A DNA stretch of 51,080 nucleotides, filler included, from Trypethelium eluteriae (lineage: Eukaryota), in assembly GCA_051942245.1 (NCBI GenBank). It is 2 parts of 2 records of this genome, joined end to end, with 100 filler letters (N's around TTAATTAATTAA, not from the genome) between each part and the next. Parts side by side here need not be neighbours in the genome. Positions count along the whole stretch, not along the records: positions 25,596 to 51,080 come from JAVECL010000371.1; 1 more part is not named here. One strand, 5' to 3'. The stretch's first letter is position 1, and each line of letters opens with the position of its first letter. Below the pieces are notes generated by a model. It made no database searches and was not told the origin of the DNA. It saw only the letters and a program-made list of their open reading frames with translations. Of the stretch, positions 50,321 to 51,080 are shown piece by piece. The position numbers and the translations under genes were made by a program.

Positions 50321-51080
50321 ATGACGAATGAAGAACCACTTGTATTGGCGGCAGAGGTTCAAAAGCATGCCAATCGAGAGGACTGTTGGATAGTTGTTGA
50401 AGGCAAGGTCTGGGACCTGACTGACTTTGCACCCGAGCATCCAGGAGGATTGGAGTGTAATGTCTATCCTACAAATCCCAATTTTGTGCCAACATCACTG
50501 AACATCCATTATAGCGATAACGGAGCACGCCGGGCACGATGCAACCGAAGTATACAATGCTTTCCACGCCCCATCCCTCCTCCCTACCACCCTTGGGCCC
50601 AGCAAGTTAATCGGCAAACTCGACCCCTCGACACCACTACCCACATATCAGAAGCCGCCTCCCACATCAACTCCCCAACTCGGCACCCAACCCGTTGAGA
50701 AACCCCCCCTCGACACCATCCTCTCAACCCACGACTTCGAAGACGTCGCCTCCCGCACCCTCACCCCCAAAACCTGGGCCTTCTACAGCTCCGCCGCCAC
50801 CGACTGCCACACACGCTCCCTCAACAACTCGCTCTTCCACCGGCTCCTCTTCCGCCCGCGCCTCCTGCGCAACGTCCAGCGCGTCAGCACCCACACCACC
50901 ATCCTCGGCCACCATGTCTCCCTGCCGTTCTTCGTGAGCCCCGCCGCGATGGCGCGGATGGCGCATCCCGAGGGTGAGAAGGCGCTCGCGCGGGGATGCG
51001 CCTCTCGGGGCGTGATGCAGTGCGTGAGCACGAACGCGAGTTTTCCGATTGGGGAGATCGTGGGGGCAGTGGCGGAGGAG
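50321..51080 (+). CDS. Flavocytochrome b2-like FMN-dependent alpha-hydroxy acid dehydrogenase, 5' part (runs off window)
   Basis: b5 domain DCWIVVEGKVWDLTDFAPEHPGG|..HAGHDAT, then HDFEDVA...KTWAFYSSAATD...FRPRLLRNV...PFFVSPAAMARMAHPEGE. The start could instead be 50282. Confidence 0.88.

Overview
Filamentous ascomycete (probably Dothideomycete-like) genomic DNA made of two contigs joined by an artificial 100-nt spacer (N44-TTAATTAATTAA-N44, 25496-25595), so adjacency across the spacer is unproven. The left contig looks accessory. It opens with a RIP-degraded nest of transposons (LTR fragment inside a Fot1/Pogo element inside a hAT). This abuts a partial group V non-reducing PKS cluster of the emodin/chrysophanol type (metallo-beta-lactamase thioesterase, SAT-KS-AT-PT-ACP PKS, scytalone-dehydratase-like gene). 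Next come a secreted S41 peptidase whose GPI-like signal lies behind an in-frame stop, a convergent pair of a b5-less sulfite-oxidase-family gene and a catalase, an Fe-type alcohol dehydrogenase, and a stand-alone SesB-like alpha/beta hydrolase ending in a candidate amyloid signalling motif. The right contig is mostly core genes: Med5, a conserved hypothetical, an aldo-keto reductase, NADP-GDH, an SDR, mitochondrial malonyl-CoA:ACP transacylase, a Zn2Cys6/hexapeptide-acetyltransferase fusion, a probable pseudogene, CENP-N/Chl4, the bZIP MetR/Cys-3 and a truncated flavocytochrome b2. All calls come from manual reading and translation; no searches were run, and exon boundaries are my estimates.
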